64,000 bases of DNA from Mytilus californianus (Eukaryota): the NCBI RefSeq assembly GCF_021869535.1, contig NW_026262678.1, positions 558,001 to 622,000 of the forward strand, in the 5' to 3' direction. How positions within the stretch are numbered: position 1 is the first letter of the stretch; each line of letters opens with the position of its first letter. Shown here piece by piece: positions 53,601-64,000 of this stretch. Under the pieces are notes generated by a model, which searched no databases, was not told the DNA's origin, and saw nothing but the letters and a program-made list of their open reading frames with translations. The translations under genes were made by a program, and so were the position numbers.

Positions 53601-56600
53601 AAGAACAAATGTAGTCGACTTATAAGTAAATCTGTCAAATCGTCTATTTTGTAAATGTCATATATACAGTACTTGGATTCCAAGTTTTGTTTTATATTTC
53701 TTTAGGAACTGAACAACTCAGGTGAGCTTAGAATCGTTGATATATAACAAGTACATATGAAACTCTGTGATTGCTAATCATGCTAATGTTGTTCATGTAA
53801 TTTGACGTAGATGGAACAGCTTGTTGAATTTTTAAAAAATTCAGCTATTCTACTTTGTCTTTTAAATGTAGCGAATAAAAAGAGTTTCAAGCTTAACAAA
53901 GAAAGGTGCAAAAACGGAACAACCAAAACTCATTTATTTTGGAATCGTAAAGATTCCAATAGAAAACTGAAATAGCATTCGTTAAATGCAATTGACAGCA
54001 TCTTTGATACAAGAAACATAATAAGAAAAAATCCAACATCAATTATCAAAAAAATACCACACATAAAATGGGAACAGAACAATACGGTAAGCAGATCTTA
54101 GTCATCAAGTGACACCATAGTATTATGGCAAACAAAGATTATCTGGCATTATAATCGGGCAAAGATAGACGAAATTATTGCTGATACAAAAACAAAATTA
54201 AACTCATTTTGGAAATGATTATTTATTGACGGTCAAACGAATCATGCCATGAAAAACCGTATAAAGCATAAAAGAGTATAACAAAAATTTCGAACTCCAA
54301 GGCAAATTCAAAAAGGGGAACTCCATAAAAACGGACAAATTCAAACGCTATCGACCAACGGAATCTACGAAAAAGAACTGCCATATTTATGGCTTGGTAG
54401 AGACTTTTTTCGAAGAAAATGGTTGGTTAATATAGATAATAGGAAGATGTGGTATGAGTACCAATGAGACAACTCTCCATCCAAGTCACAATGTATAAAA
54501 AGTTAACAATTATAAATCAAAGTACGGCCTTCAACACGGAGCCTTGGCTCACACCGAACAGCAAGCTATAAAGGGTCCCAAAATTACTAGTGTAAAACAA
54601 TTCAAACAGAAAAACCAACGATATAATCTATACAAAAAACAAGAAACGAGAAACACATATGAACCACACCAACAAACGACAACCACTGAACAACAGGCTC
54701 CTGACTTAGGACAGGTGCATACAAATGCAGCGGATTTTAACGTTTAAACAGGCGCCAACCTTCACCCTAATCTGAGACAGTAGTGTAACATTACAACATA
54801 AAAAGACACACCATAAAATATCAATTGAAATGGCTTAACTCGATCAAAAAGACATTTAAACAAAAACAAATAAACATACACTTAACGAAACTTGTTTAAA
54901 TACCTAGCTTAACCTCCCTCTTGTATGACAGTTGTCAATAGTTCTGTTAAGTTGATACAATAAGGTAAGCAACTCAAACATACATAATAGGTTAGCATGA
55001 CAATAATTGGGATCCATCAGCCTAAACTGTGTAAACATGCATCACAGACATACAACACAACTGACTAAAACATTCAAACAAACACACAAAAAACAAAGAG
55101 GCCGACAAAAAAGTGTAGTAAATTTGACAATGACGTCAATAAAAAAAGTTTGTGACATTGATAGTACATACCGTATATAGTTTACACTTTCTCGATAAAG
55201 TAAAAATGAACTTGCTGTAAATACAAGGGTTAACAAAACAAAAACAACACTGTAAACACCCTTTGTGTCCGAATCGCACCTCATGACCCACCTCCACCAG
55301 GAAGCCCGTATGTTAAGGTTTAACACTAATATCTTTATTGTTGAAAACACATTGCCTTTATTTTATTTTGTGTCAAGTTGAGAATCAATTAGTCAGTAGA
55401 TGTATAAAGTTATTTGATCGTCTGCTGTGAATTTCTAATTAATTTAATTTCAGCAAGAAACGTGAAATGAAAAATCTTCCAACAAAGAATTAACATAAGT
55501 ACCGAACTCAGTGGTTAATTCTTAAAGAGGAAAGATTATGAATCTTACAAATTATAACGCTCGACTATATCAACCAACGGTCTGATTGGAAAACAACTGT
55601 CATATTCCTGTCTTGGTATAGGCATTTTCCGGAAATACTGATTGGTTAAATCTGGTTTTATAGCTATCTCACTTCCAATTTGCATGACAGTTGTTTATAG
55701 TGGCATTACCATTTCAATAGCATCGTTCAAAGCCTTAAAACTAGAAGCAAAATGATATCTATGTCATGTTTTAAAGAGCTGATTAAACTATGTACGAACA
55801 TCCAAGCCTAAATGGATATGCTTACCATATACACCCTAAATTCTTTTCATTCATGCATGTATTTAGTGTTATTATATCCCAGAGAACGTTAATTTGGCAA
55901 AAAATATAATTAATTGATACAGCAAGTACACAACTACTACATACCTTTTATGAATCATCAAACATTAAGAAGCAGGAAAACCATAAGTAGGAGGTATTAT
56001 ATACCTTTGTGTCGCTTGAATTGCACAATATTTAATAGTTGATGCTTTACAAAACATGTTAATCTTATTGATAAATGAACAAGCTGATAAACTATAACTT
56101 TTCTGTGAATTACGGTCACGCATGATGTCACAATGACGTCAGAAACGATTCGTTGTTGTAGTTTGTCATCTTAAAAGTCCATTTTCACATTTAGATATGC
56201 ATGTAAAGCTTTGTTTATGTCTTAGTATAAATAACAAGACTTTGTTGAGCAGCTTTCCTGCTTTCCATGTAAGAAGTTATACGCTAAGATGGAAATATGC
56301 AATAGTAGGGTCAAATTTAAAGTTCATACCCGCTCTTGTTGATGTTCTTACTCATTAGTTTAATAAAACAGATACTTCCATTATCCCCAAAAAATGATAA
56401 AAGACAATTCTAAAATGACATTTTACACACAATTCATTGAGCAAACCGAACAAAACCGACCTTTAAAAACTCATGGTCTTTGAAAGGTTCAACATTTCCT
56501 TGAATCTTATCTTTCTTTATATCAAGGTTGTGTTTTGGTGACCAGTTTTCTTTGTTGAATATTGTAGTAAGTTTTGAATGAAGAAATCAGTAGTGTCTTT

Positions 56601-59600
56601 TTCATGGTGTTAGGGATTGTTTGCAATTGACTTATTACAGTTCGACATAAATGCAGTCCATTATGTGTTGTAATGTTTCAACGAGTAATTCGAATCATCC
56701 ATAATTTTATATTTCTTGCGGCATTTACTTATTTGTAATGCATATTAACGTTTTATTTTTTGAAAAACAAATGATTGTAAATTTATTGCAGACTCTGTCA
56801 TGCTGAAATGAACTCAGTGTTATCATTCAAAGTGTATTCTGGGATTAATATATTGAAAAATGGATGGATAGATAAATAAATATAGACTTTTTTCGTTTAT
56901 AATTGTGTACACAAATCAGAACACTGGCTTCTCGTTTAAATTGTATTTCGTTATTTTTCATGTCGGGGCCTTTTATAACTTGTTTTGTCGTGTGGGTTTT
57001 GCTCAGTGTTGAAAGCCACTACGGTGACCAATTATCGCATACATTTTATAGACACTTGGCTTTCAAATATATGGCTTTGAGCGTTCCTGATGAAGGTAAA
57101 CCCAGCAAATGCGTCTGACGCACAAAATCTATATAGAGTTGTTTTTATTTTTTATCGTCGTCAGTTGGTCTCTTGTGGACAGTTGTCTCATTGGCAACCA
57201 TACCACATTTCATAATGTTGAAAATGAATATACCGTACCTTTTATATCATTTAATTCAACCATTACATAAATATGTATCGTCACTGGTTTTTCTCCAGTA
57301 TGCACACTTCTTTGTAGTGTTGCCTAAGGTACCCACTAAATACTACTATTAATATTTGTATCAAATTTTCTGCCAGAACTAAAAAAAGAACTTAGAGGAC
57401 TGGGTATTGAACATGTCAGTGAACTACAAGACCTATTGCACGAAAGTTTCCAGAAGTGTTTTTGGAACAGGGTATATTTGGTGGGTCCATATTCAGTCGG
57501 AAAAAGCTGCTTAGCGAAAATTCTTGTTGGAGAAAAGGTGCCAATAACAAGGCAATCTACTGATGGTATATGGATATACAAGGGAAGAGCTGGAATGGAC
57601 GTTGACAAGAAAGAATGGGTATATTTTCCAAAAGGTTTGTGCTTTTGTATATTTCAACGATTGGTAATTAGCTTGTTCTTTATGTGGGGCTTATCTTCTC
57701 ATTAACATGAATACAGTATGTGTTTGATGCAACGCTCTGGAACAGTTTAATTATGTGGTTGTTAGTGATAGTCTCTGTTAAATTGTGACCAAGTTTTGAT
57801 GAACTGATAGTGTACATGTTTGTTTATTTTTGACGAGCGGCTACTGATCATGATTAATAATTTGTCGTTTAATACTATCTATCTGACAATAACAAACAAA
57901 ATTTGTTCATGAAAAAATGTAAAACAAATGACAAAATGTTAGTTGGCGTAGGAAGAATTTTTAAACAGTGCGTCGTTACATTTTGAATTAAAATGATTTG
58001 TACAGACCACCGAATTAAGATAATTTTGGTGCGTTTCAAAAATAATTTAAATAATGTATGTTTGAAGGTAACGCAATCACAGAAGTACTGACAAACATGC
58101 TAATTTCGATTTCCACCGGTGAAGCAAAGAGTTCCGTAAGAGAGGAAATCGTGTACAATAGTCCTTTAGATGAAACTACTCTACGAGCCAGTCCCGTGTT
58201 AAGTACAGTACATGGGCATCGTCAAAGTTCGACATCTCCAGTCGAAAAATATGAGGGCAATCAAAATAAAAATGAAGGTGATACTTTTACTACCCGATTA
58301 CATGAAAGGGAAAACCTAGATAATTATCCAAGTGATTGTATATCTCTTGGCACATATGAAGAAGAATATAATACAATCGAAGACAAAATGAAGGAAAAAC
58401 AGCTTACAGGTGAACGACCATCAAACACCAACACAAACCTTGCAGAGAGTGAATGGGTAGAGAACATTACAAACAGTATGTCTCAAAGACAAATTCACCG
58501 GCTGATTGTTAAGGCAGTGGAGGAAGGTAAATATAAACAGAAGGTGGTACCTATAGACATCTGGGACTTTGGAGGTCAGAAGGACTACTACATGACTCAT
58601 CAGCTATTCATCACAAGCAGAGGCATATTTGTATTGATGTTTAATGGCTCTATTGATCTACACAAGCATATGCCCGACCTTAACTTTCTTCCAGGGCACT
58701 TTGGGAAGCCAACAATTTCAGGTACATTAATTACATAAAGTTTTTTGTCCAGTGATTGGTTATTATTAATGACTTTGGTTGTCAATTCGTAAATTGTATT
58801 GATGTATCAAATTAAATGTAATTATTTTCGAACGAATATTTTTGAAATATTTTAACAGTTTTCACAGGGACAAATCGTAGCAACATTAATATTATCACGA
58901 TTTTTATTCTATCTTTGATTAAAAAAAAATCAAATGATCACTCATGTGTTGGTTCGCATCCTCAAAACATAACATTTCAATTGCTTGTGGCATTTTGGCA
59001 AATTGAGCTTTAAGTGAACGTGTAACCAAGTAAATACAGGCAACAGTAATATACCGCTGTTCAATAGTCATAATTCGATTAAGCAAAAACAAATTCGGGT
59101 TTCAAACTAAAACCGAGGGAAACACATCAACTATAAGAGGAAAATAACGGAACAACAGAAACACTGAACAACAACAAAAGCAAACGCCAAAATATAGAAA
59201 CGGACTGTAGACAACAACTGCTATATTCCTGACTTGGTACAGGACATTTTAAGAACAAATGGTGGGTTGAACCTGGTTTTATGTCTAGCCAAACCTCCCG
59301 CTTATATTGCAATTTCAAAAATACTGCTAAAATGACAACAAGTAAAATTGATATAAAAATTGACAGCGAATATATATTTTTTAATCGATTTGTTAACCTT
59401 TCTTTATTAGAAACGTGTTGTGAAATAGGTATTTTCAATGTTAGTGTTCTTTAAAAAAAATTTTCAGAGGGAAAAAATGGATGCGTGTGTGTTACTGTTT
59501 TTTTTTTCATATAGGTAGTGTTGTTGTAAAAGAAATAGTATGATGTGTTGTATAATTTTAGTTTATCTGATACACTGGGTCAACTCAATTTTGACGTATT

Positions 59601-62600
59601 GCAAAAGGACAGATAAAGGTTTCCCAAGGATTATCTTTGTTGCTACGCATAAAGATGAAAAATGGTTCGAGGTAATTCAAAAACTTATTTAAAATGTCTA
59701 GGGTCGTTTTGAGTTTCTTTTTTCTTAGAGAACAGGGAGTTCCTATTTTTTTCAACGTTTATTAACTGTATCATTACTAATGTCTGTAAACTGAAATATT
59801 GTATTCAAAGACATGTTTTTGATGAATGTATTTATTGTCGATGATTCGAAATAGATAAATAATGTTCATCAATTTATTTTGTATTCCAGTGGACGCGAGA
59901 AGCTCGAAGACATGATCTCGAACTAAAGTTGCAAAAGTTGTTTGAATCTCATGCTGGTTTAAAACATTTGGAAATTAAACCGTTGATATTCGTTGACGCA
60001 ACAAATCCTGAAGACCCGGAAATTGCAGATCTAAGAGAAAGGCTGATGCAAAGAGCAACTGAACATCCCAGGTGGGGGGAAGCCATGCCAACAAGATGGA
60101 TTCCATTGGAATTACAGTTGTCACAGAAAGCAGAGGAAGGAACTAATATAATTTCCCGTAATCAACTCAGAGTCCTTAATTCAAGAAATAAGTCAATGGT
60201 GTTATCAGAGAAACAGATTGAAACGTTTCTGAAGGTACAACATTCCCTTGAAAAACTGCTGTACTTCGATGTAGAAAACCTCCGTGATTTCATCATTATA
60301 TCACCAGCATATTTAGTTGAAGTCCTACGATCCATAGTAACTGAAAAACAGTTCTGGCCAAAAGGGGAGAGATTTTCAACTATTTTGAAAAACCTCCAGG
60401 AATTTGGAATGATTGAACGAGAAGATATCTACTATCTTTGGGAACAAGAGTCTTTCAAGCATATACTTCCGTACAAAGAATATATTCTTCAGATGCTTGT
60501 TCATCTTGATGTTATACTTGCTCCAAGAGATACTTATAGAGACGTGAACAGTCCGTTTAAAGACGTTTCTCGCTTTCTGATCCCCTGTATGATCACCAAG
60601 GGAAACGACACAATGTTCCTAAAAACGCAATGGCTTTCTAAAAACTCTATCATACTGGCTTATACATTTATTGAGGAGGTTATACCACCAGCATTGTCAT
60701 ATCGCTTTCTTAGTTCTTTCATTACTTCGTGGGATATAAAGACTTATAAGGAAAGAAGAACAGAAAAAAAAATGTTGTTCAATGATCTGGCTGTCCTCGA
60801 AGTTGATAGTTGTCATGACATAGCAGTTCAGGTGAAAACCAATAGGGTAATTGTGTCACTTATCCATGCAAATACGAAGGAAGATATAATTTCAACTCTT
60901 GCGTCTTCAATCCAGGAGTGTCTGACTGCAGCTATAGTAAGAATATCCGAATTTTATTCAAGGTTGACCGACGACGTGGGAATTTCAGCGAGTGTCAATT
61001 CCGTTCTACCGTTCAATATCGAGTTTGGTGTATTCTGCAAATCAGGTATATGCTTTTTAAATCACAATGAGATGTCTTCATCAACTGGTGAACCAACTTG
61101 GATTTGCAAAAAACACAAACAGCGACATGAGACAAAAAGCCTCAATGCTTGGTTCTCAGAAAAGGAAAAACTTGAAATGAAGGTATAATAACTTTAAAGT
61201 TAGTGTTTTTACAGATTGATACACATATTTTAAAAAATATGTACTAGTACTACAAAATCCATTTTGTACTTCCAATGAAGGACAACTATTTGTCATTAAA
61301 AACTAAAATATATGTTTTTTTGTGAGCATGTTGTGTATATAAATACAAAAATTCGAGATTCTATGATTAATTTTTGAATTGATGTCTTCTTTTTACACAT
61401 TAGTGTATGTTTGACAGTTATCAATACATATATTCTTCTTTCTAGGAACCATGTGATGTTTGTACAAGTTCTTGCAAGGGTATGTATGAAAAATCATTGG
61501 CATGTATTATACTTTTGGAATATGAAAATTGTTCTTTATATGATTTATATTTGCTTCTTTCAGATGCTTTGACGATGCTGACATTCGTTTGGACTTGCTT
61601 ATTGATTTTTCTTTAGATTTAGCAGCAAAATTCATATATGTTCTTGTATTTCTAATACGAGAAAATATGTTTTATCAATGGGAAACCGATAATTGTCAGC
61701 TTAGATTAAAAGTATATTTCAAACATTAAATTAGGTGTATCATTTATAATTTCACTAAATCTTTAACGTTTTAAATGTTAATTCCGTTCTTAAACATACT
61801 TTGAATATAACAGCTGTTGAAATTTCAGTAATCAATTGTACTGTTTAATCCGAATCTCCAAGAAAGCTATATTGGTATCTATGATAAGTTTATTCATATG
61901 GTGACCATGAAAAGCATTCTGTCATTCTGAACTTAATCTAATAGTGGTCCGGACTTTTCTATCATGCCTGCAGATAATATTTCCATTTTCTATATTAGGG
62001 TGAAGTATAACACATTTGAAGTTCGCATTTTGTTCTAGATGACGGCCCTTGGATTTTAAAAAAATCAGGAACATTGATCTTATCCGAGGTCTTTTATACC
62101 GGCAGATATAAACCTGACATATATTTTTTTAAGTTTAATGCACATGATGACACGCAGAATGATATTTTAGTTCGTTCTATCTGACAAAATTTTCACGGAA
62201 TTATAGCTCTTGGACTTCATAAAAATGTGCATGTCTCAACCTTTTTGTCGTGCATAACAATTGTCTAAAGATAGAAAGAGAATATCAAAACTCAAAAGTC
62301 AAAGAGAGGCAAAAACCACAAAAAAAACGCAAAAAAAAACCCAACAGATAACAAAACTCTACATGAATGCAAAAGATGAGGAAAACAACACAAACCACAC
62401 CAGAAATAAAGATGAATACGGGTTCTCAGAAACGGTTCAAATATGCTGTCTTGATGTGATATCCATCGTGTTGTCACAATTAGGAAAAAAGATGGAAGTG
62501 AGGCTACGACAATTAAAAAAACATATCCATGATTATCTGTGACGTGGATAGTGCATAACGGTCAACCAACACATGATTGCATCCGTAAAACATTTCACGG

Positions 62601-63142
62601 GACGATTAAACTTTACTATTTATAGGCAAGCATTGGTTTAGAAACTTCTTTGTCAGCTGCACGTCTTTATCGTGGAAACCATGATAGAGATTGCAAGGTC
62701 TGGATATCGCATCAACGGAGACATATCGCGTATAATGATGGGACACAGATCCCGTTTGCGTTTCTGCATGCTTAAAATGTTTAGATCTTTTTTCTCTTTG
62801 ATCAATAGGTATGTTTTTTAAACATTTTGAAATGATTGGAACACACTATTTTTCAATCCTATAGGACTTGGCAAATTAGAAAGGGAACAGTGTCCTTTAC
62901 CTCAACATATAAGAAGGCTTGCAGCTTTACTCCCTCTCGTTGAGTGCCGTGAAATAGCAATTTTGCTAGGGTTCCAAGTTGAAGAATGGAATGATTTAGA
63001 GTACCGATTCCAACACCAGCCTCCAAATGATCTAAAATTCATGGCATTATGGTCGTGTACAATAAAGAACAAACATTTCAGTTTCGAAGGTTTGATTAAT
63101 CTTTTGGAAAAGAAAGGACGGGGTGCACATATACTTTGCCAG
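29503..63142 (+). CDS. ROCO-family protein: ankyrin repeats, Roc GTPase, COR and death-like domain (at least 1130 aa; both ends uncertain)
   Basis: Exons 29503-29601, 31526-31624, 34190-34288, 35314-35412, 37940-38038, 38620-38718, 43298-43396, 52181-52234, 53706-53721, 57377-57634, 58068-58721, 59562-59671, 59890-61182, 61446-61479 and 62865-63142. All are GT-AG and phase-compatible, totalling 3390 nt open. Motifs: GxTPLHxAA repeats, P-loop GPYSVGKS, STDG, WDFGGQ, ATHKD, and COR WGEAMPTRWIPLE. Confidence 0.85.
29946..30137 (+). repeat. High-copy dispersed repeat (gataccaaagggacattcaaactcata...gatctcaggtgctccggaagggta family)
   Basis: Related copies at 37497-37700 (minus), 40430-40670 and 62270-62450. 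Confidence 0.7.
30715..30900 (+). repeat. High-copy dispersed repeat (ataccgctgttcaatagtca...gagggaaacacatcaactata family)
   Basis: A second copy lies at 59045-59210. This copy has a local duplication of taccgctgttcaatagt. Confidence 0.7.
31526..31624 (+). CDS. Gene 2 ankyrin exon 2 (99 nt)
   Basis: aatag|GLTPLHYAVIHKRGNITSELLIKGADPSVVDKN|gtgagt. Confidence 0.9.
34190..34288 (+). CDS. Gene 2 ankyrin exon 3 (99 nt)
   Basis: ttacag|GLTPLHYAAEYGSQHIVSELITKGSGSNIADSK|gtttgt. Confidence 0.9.
35314..35412 (+). CDS. Gene 2 ankyrin exon 4 (99 nt)
   Basis: aatag|GQTPLHLAAINTNEDVLLELLNRGSDPDVVDKK|gtgagt. Confidence 0.9.
37940..38038 (+). CDS. Gene 2 ankyrin exon 5 (99 nt)
   Basis: ttacag|GKTPLHYAAEYGHTHIVSELLNRGSDPNTADNN|gtgagt. 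Confidence 0.92.
38620..38718 (+). CDS. Gene 2 ankyrin exon 6 (99 nt)
   Basis: tttttag|GSTPLHDALSTKSETTIAELINRGSDPNKADKS|gtgggt. Confidence 0.88.
39790..40260 (+). mobile_element. Decayed Penelope-like RT C-terminal fragment
   Basis: Frameshifted pieces such as DNVPLVLAYDV and VTGKLSSQGLRYDKLPKTFIKLLQRY match the family C-terminus. Confidence 0.55.
43298..43396 (+). CDS. Gene 2 ankyrin exon 7 (99 nt)
   Basis: caacag|GQTPLHYAARNGLKYMISVLMNKGSDPNKSDIS|gtaagt. Confidence 0.9.
44197..44464 (+). repeat. Split direct repeat A1 (268 bp)
   Basis: Identical to 48647-48914 except C44207 versus T48657. Confidence 0.95.
44471..45235 (+). CDS. gag: Retrotransposon Gag-like protein with CCHC zinc knuckle (254 aa)
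   Basis: ATG at 44471, DKSPAGWKTVREYESDDLASDSED motif, and CYNCNQLGHWRTQC knuckle. Confidence 0.85.
   Translation: MSDSEKLLDSDHESLPGPSVHSLPDGSSAHHTGNNDLVDTFSLFKTYLDGKIATLHKDLAVGNENFATKLKQEVSVKLKGEDNQIQFNFNCEIMADLVKLQKRIPDEDAACLKLVSGAILKVKKRNKLIRIADKSPAGWKTVREYESDDLASDSEDKKRIRSAESRAIRSIKEKKIPHPYRTVTATVSAPPAPMPNQHNVRQNNYQQPPFRTSRRREPSSHDICYNCNQLGHWRTQCPLFSTKPAVPGTSRQQS
44505..47250 (+). pseudogene. pol: RT - RNase H - DNA adenine methyltransferase-like polyprotein with one +1 frameshift at 45846-45849
   Basis: Frame 1 contains KKRLILDLS and FKFDLKSGY. Removing one T from ttagccttttggt gives VLAFGLSSAPYLFTK...YLDD (45937-45948), then RNase H (YSDAS, RELQA, HTDN, NTKAD) and an MT-like tail (TVDRFAS...DAFTQNW...WIVPP...LIVPKW). 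Confidence 0.88.
47260..47397 (+). promoter_or_regulatory. Array of eight alternating ACA(A/T)GGC(C/T) and GCAAGGTC motifs between pol and YR
   Basis: Motifs start at 47260, 47273, 47292, 47309, 47328, 47347, 47362 (ACATGGCC) and 47389. The function is inferred only. Confidence 0.5.
47450..48481 (+). CDS. Tyrosine recombinase of the retrotransposon (no in-frame AUG near the start)
   Basis: Catalytic set present: GFLRFSE (R), KTD (K), HSLRSGG (HxxR), HGRW, and GYV (Y). The frame is open from 47450. Confidence 0.9.
   Translation, partial: YARFSDIFSCGVWKSLPKPVDQDLSSLSNCLPEFCLHSKAENTKRKYSYAFNNFCKCCNNYSYVKPLPASDFYVSLYLIHISKTFNSYAKVEEAYYSISWAHKLAGFSNPCNSQLCISVKEGAHRKIGPIIVNKKEPITPDILKKIVNKYGKECNNLIEIRICCMCLISYAGFLRFSEMVNLKRSDLKFADTHVSLLIQKSKTDRYREGTHVLIARTDTQTCPVNMLEKYLLLSNIDASSSDYIFRSMYLCKKSRSYRLRGFKPLSYTRVREIILSALESIGLDKSKFGLHSLRSGGATAAASAGIHDRLFKKHGRWASDKAKDGYVRENVKEKLTVSKSLGI
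48550..48646 (+). repeat. Split direct repeat B1 (97 bp)
   Basis: Identical to 49129-49225. Confidence 0.95.
48647..48914 (+). repeat. Split direct repeat A2 (268 bp)
   Basis: Copy of A1 at an offset of 4450, abutting B1. Confidence 0.95.
49129..49225 (+). repeat. Split direct repeat B2 (97 bp), right end of the element
   Basis: Copy of B1 at an offset of 579. Confidence 0.95.
51200..51780 (+). mobile_element. Highly decayed Penelope-like RT fragment
   Basis: Pieces FLYLYDAGFMQ, LDLFLDID and YISQIIRYTRV, broken by stops and frameshifts. Confidence 0.5.
52181..52234 (+). CDS. Gene 2 ankyrin-capping exon (54 nt)
   Basis: attttag|GKTVFDLARTPSVRRIIQ|gtaata. Confidence 0.8.
53335..53520 (+). 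repeat. Dispersed repeat (gacgcgcgtttcgtcta..gactcatcagtgacgctcga family)
   Basis: Related decayed pieces at about 8550-8700, 33345-33420 (minus) and 57070-57130 (minus). Confidence 0.65.
53706..53721 (+). CDS. Gene 2 16-nt microexon (ELNNS plus 1 nt)
   Basis: Long pyrimidine tract and tttag acceptor, CAG|GTGAGC donor. It supplies the phase 0 to 1 change needed to join the flanking exons. Confidence 0.65.
54441..54850 (+). repeat. Longest copy in the window of the agaagatgtggtatga..ccaatgagacaactc repeat family
   Basis: Colinear with the shorter copies at 33565 and 2900-3058 (reverse complement). Confidence 0.8.
57377..57634 (+). CDS. Gene 2 Roc exon: P-loop and switch I
   Basis: ctgccag|(E)LKKELRGLG...RVYLVGPYSVGKSCLAKIL...QSTDGIWIY...FPK-G|gtttgt. 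Confidence 0.9.
58068..58721 (+). CDS. Gene 2 Roc exon: low-complexity insert and switch II
   Basis: ttgaag|GNAITEVL...PIDIWDFGGQKDYYMTHQLFITSRGIFVLMF...PTIS-G|gtacat. Confidence 0.9.
59562..59671 (+). CDS. Gene 2 Roc exon: G4 motif
   Basis: ttttag|(V)YLIHWVNSILTYC...PRIIFVATHKDEKWFE|gtaatt. Confidence 0.9.
59890..61182 (+). CDS. Gene 2 COR exon
   Basis: ttccag|WTREARR...FVDATNPEDPEIADLRERL...HPRWGEAMPTRWIPLE...CKKHKQRH...LEMK|gtataa. Confidence 0.9.
61446..61479 (+). CDS. Gene 2 34-nt Cys-rich linker exon
   Basis: ttctag|EPCDVCTSSCK-G|gtatgt, phase 0-1. Confidence 0.75.
62865..63142 (+). CDS. Gene 2 death-like domain exon
   Basis: cctatag|GLGKLERE...HIRRLAALLPLVECREIAILLGFQVEEWNDLEY...KFMALWSC...SFEGLINLLEKKGRGAHILCQ|gtaaac. 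The helical pattern is death-fold-like. The next exon was not found in the window. Confidence 0.75.
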
Positions 63143-64000
63143 GTAAACATAATCTTAGCTTTTCACAGTTATGGCGTTACATTGAAATGCATAGTGACAA
63201 TTGATTACTGCATAAGATATGGGACTACACACTAATTAAACATCACATTACTCGATTACAGGAAACAACACACGTGTATCTGCATAATTTAAGGAACGGT
63301 CCGGAAACTAAAATACGGACTTTCATTCGACATATTCTGTTATACGGTCTAGGTACTAAGATACTATGAGAAAATCCTCATTACGGTAATTGGTCCGGTT
63401 TCTGAAACACGTTTTCCTGATAGAAGTGTTGTGCATTGTGTTGATGACAGCACTTTGCAAATCATTATTGCATCTAACAGTGTTCATATCGTTATTTAGA
63501 CATATAGTCGATCGTGTCCTTGTGACGTTAAAAATTTGCATTTACGCCATTTATGCGCCACTCAGCCATTCCAAAATTACAAAATAATTTCAGGAACATC
63601 TTTAAAACAATATGGTAGGTAACAATTATTTACAAAGATTGCCTACAATCCATTCGAAAAGCATATGCAGGTAAACTTACGGTCTTGAACAACAGACACA
63701 TGTCTCTAAACTATATTCATGAAGGTATTGTTTCCATTTAAGCTATTATTGGTACATTAGTAAATTCTTGAAAATAAGTAATGTGTTATCACAAAAGAAA
63801 GAAAATAAATCTGTGACCGATGTTGCACAGAGGATCGGATTGCGAACAGTCATAATTTTAAAACCAAATAAAAACAGATCAAACCATTATTCAACGTTAA
63901 ATCAATTGAAATCAAACAACAACCTATTACAACGTTAATATTCCTTAATCTGTAATCTATAAAACACTTTTTCTGTCTGTGTTAGATAAGCTTCATAAGG

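Noticed and set aside
201-63587. Most remaining 60-110 aa ORFs in the track
   Set aside because: They mostly start at TTG/GTG, lie in introns or repeats, are compositionally biased, and have no domain or splice support.

Overview
AT-rich eukaryotic genomic DNA with spliceosomal introns. The dispersed repeats resemble those I recall from mussel (Mytilus-like bivalve) genomes; this is inference, not a search result. Most ORFs in the supplied track are spurious, and the real genes had to be rebuilt from splice sites. (1) 7587-13719 (+): a six-coding-exon gene for a 262-aa secreted precursor, made of a signal peptide, a BRICHOS-like pro-domain, a furin site (RRVKR) and an 83-aa mature domain with 8 Cys that I do not recognise. 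(2) About 28.9-63.1 kb (+), probably continuing past the window: a ROCO-family gene with seven ankyrin repeats (each on its own 99-nt phase-0 exon), a Roc GTPase, a COR domain and a death-like domain, i.e. a DAPK-like layout with no kinase exons seen. (3) 44197-49225 (+), inside an intron of gene 2: a young 5029-bp tyrosine-recombinase retrotransposon (DIRS order, PAT-like) with split direct repeats A1...B1-A2-spacer-B2, gag, RT/RNaseH/methyltransferase (one +1 frameshift) and a tyrosine recombinase that has no usable AUG. The rest is a SINE with a 13-bp TSD, four decayed Penelope-like RT fragments, MITE-like repeats, a 39-bp minisatellite and a degenerate satellite. No rRNA, tRNA or CRISPR features were seen.
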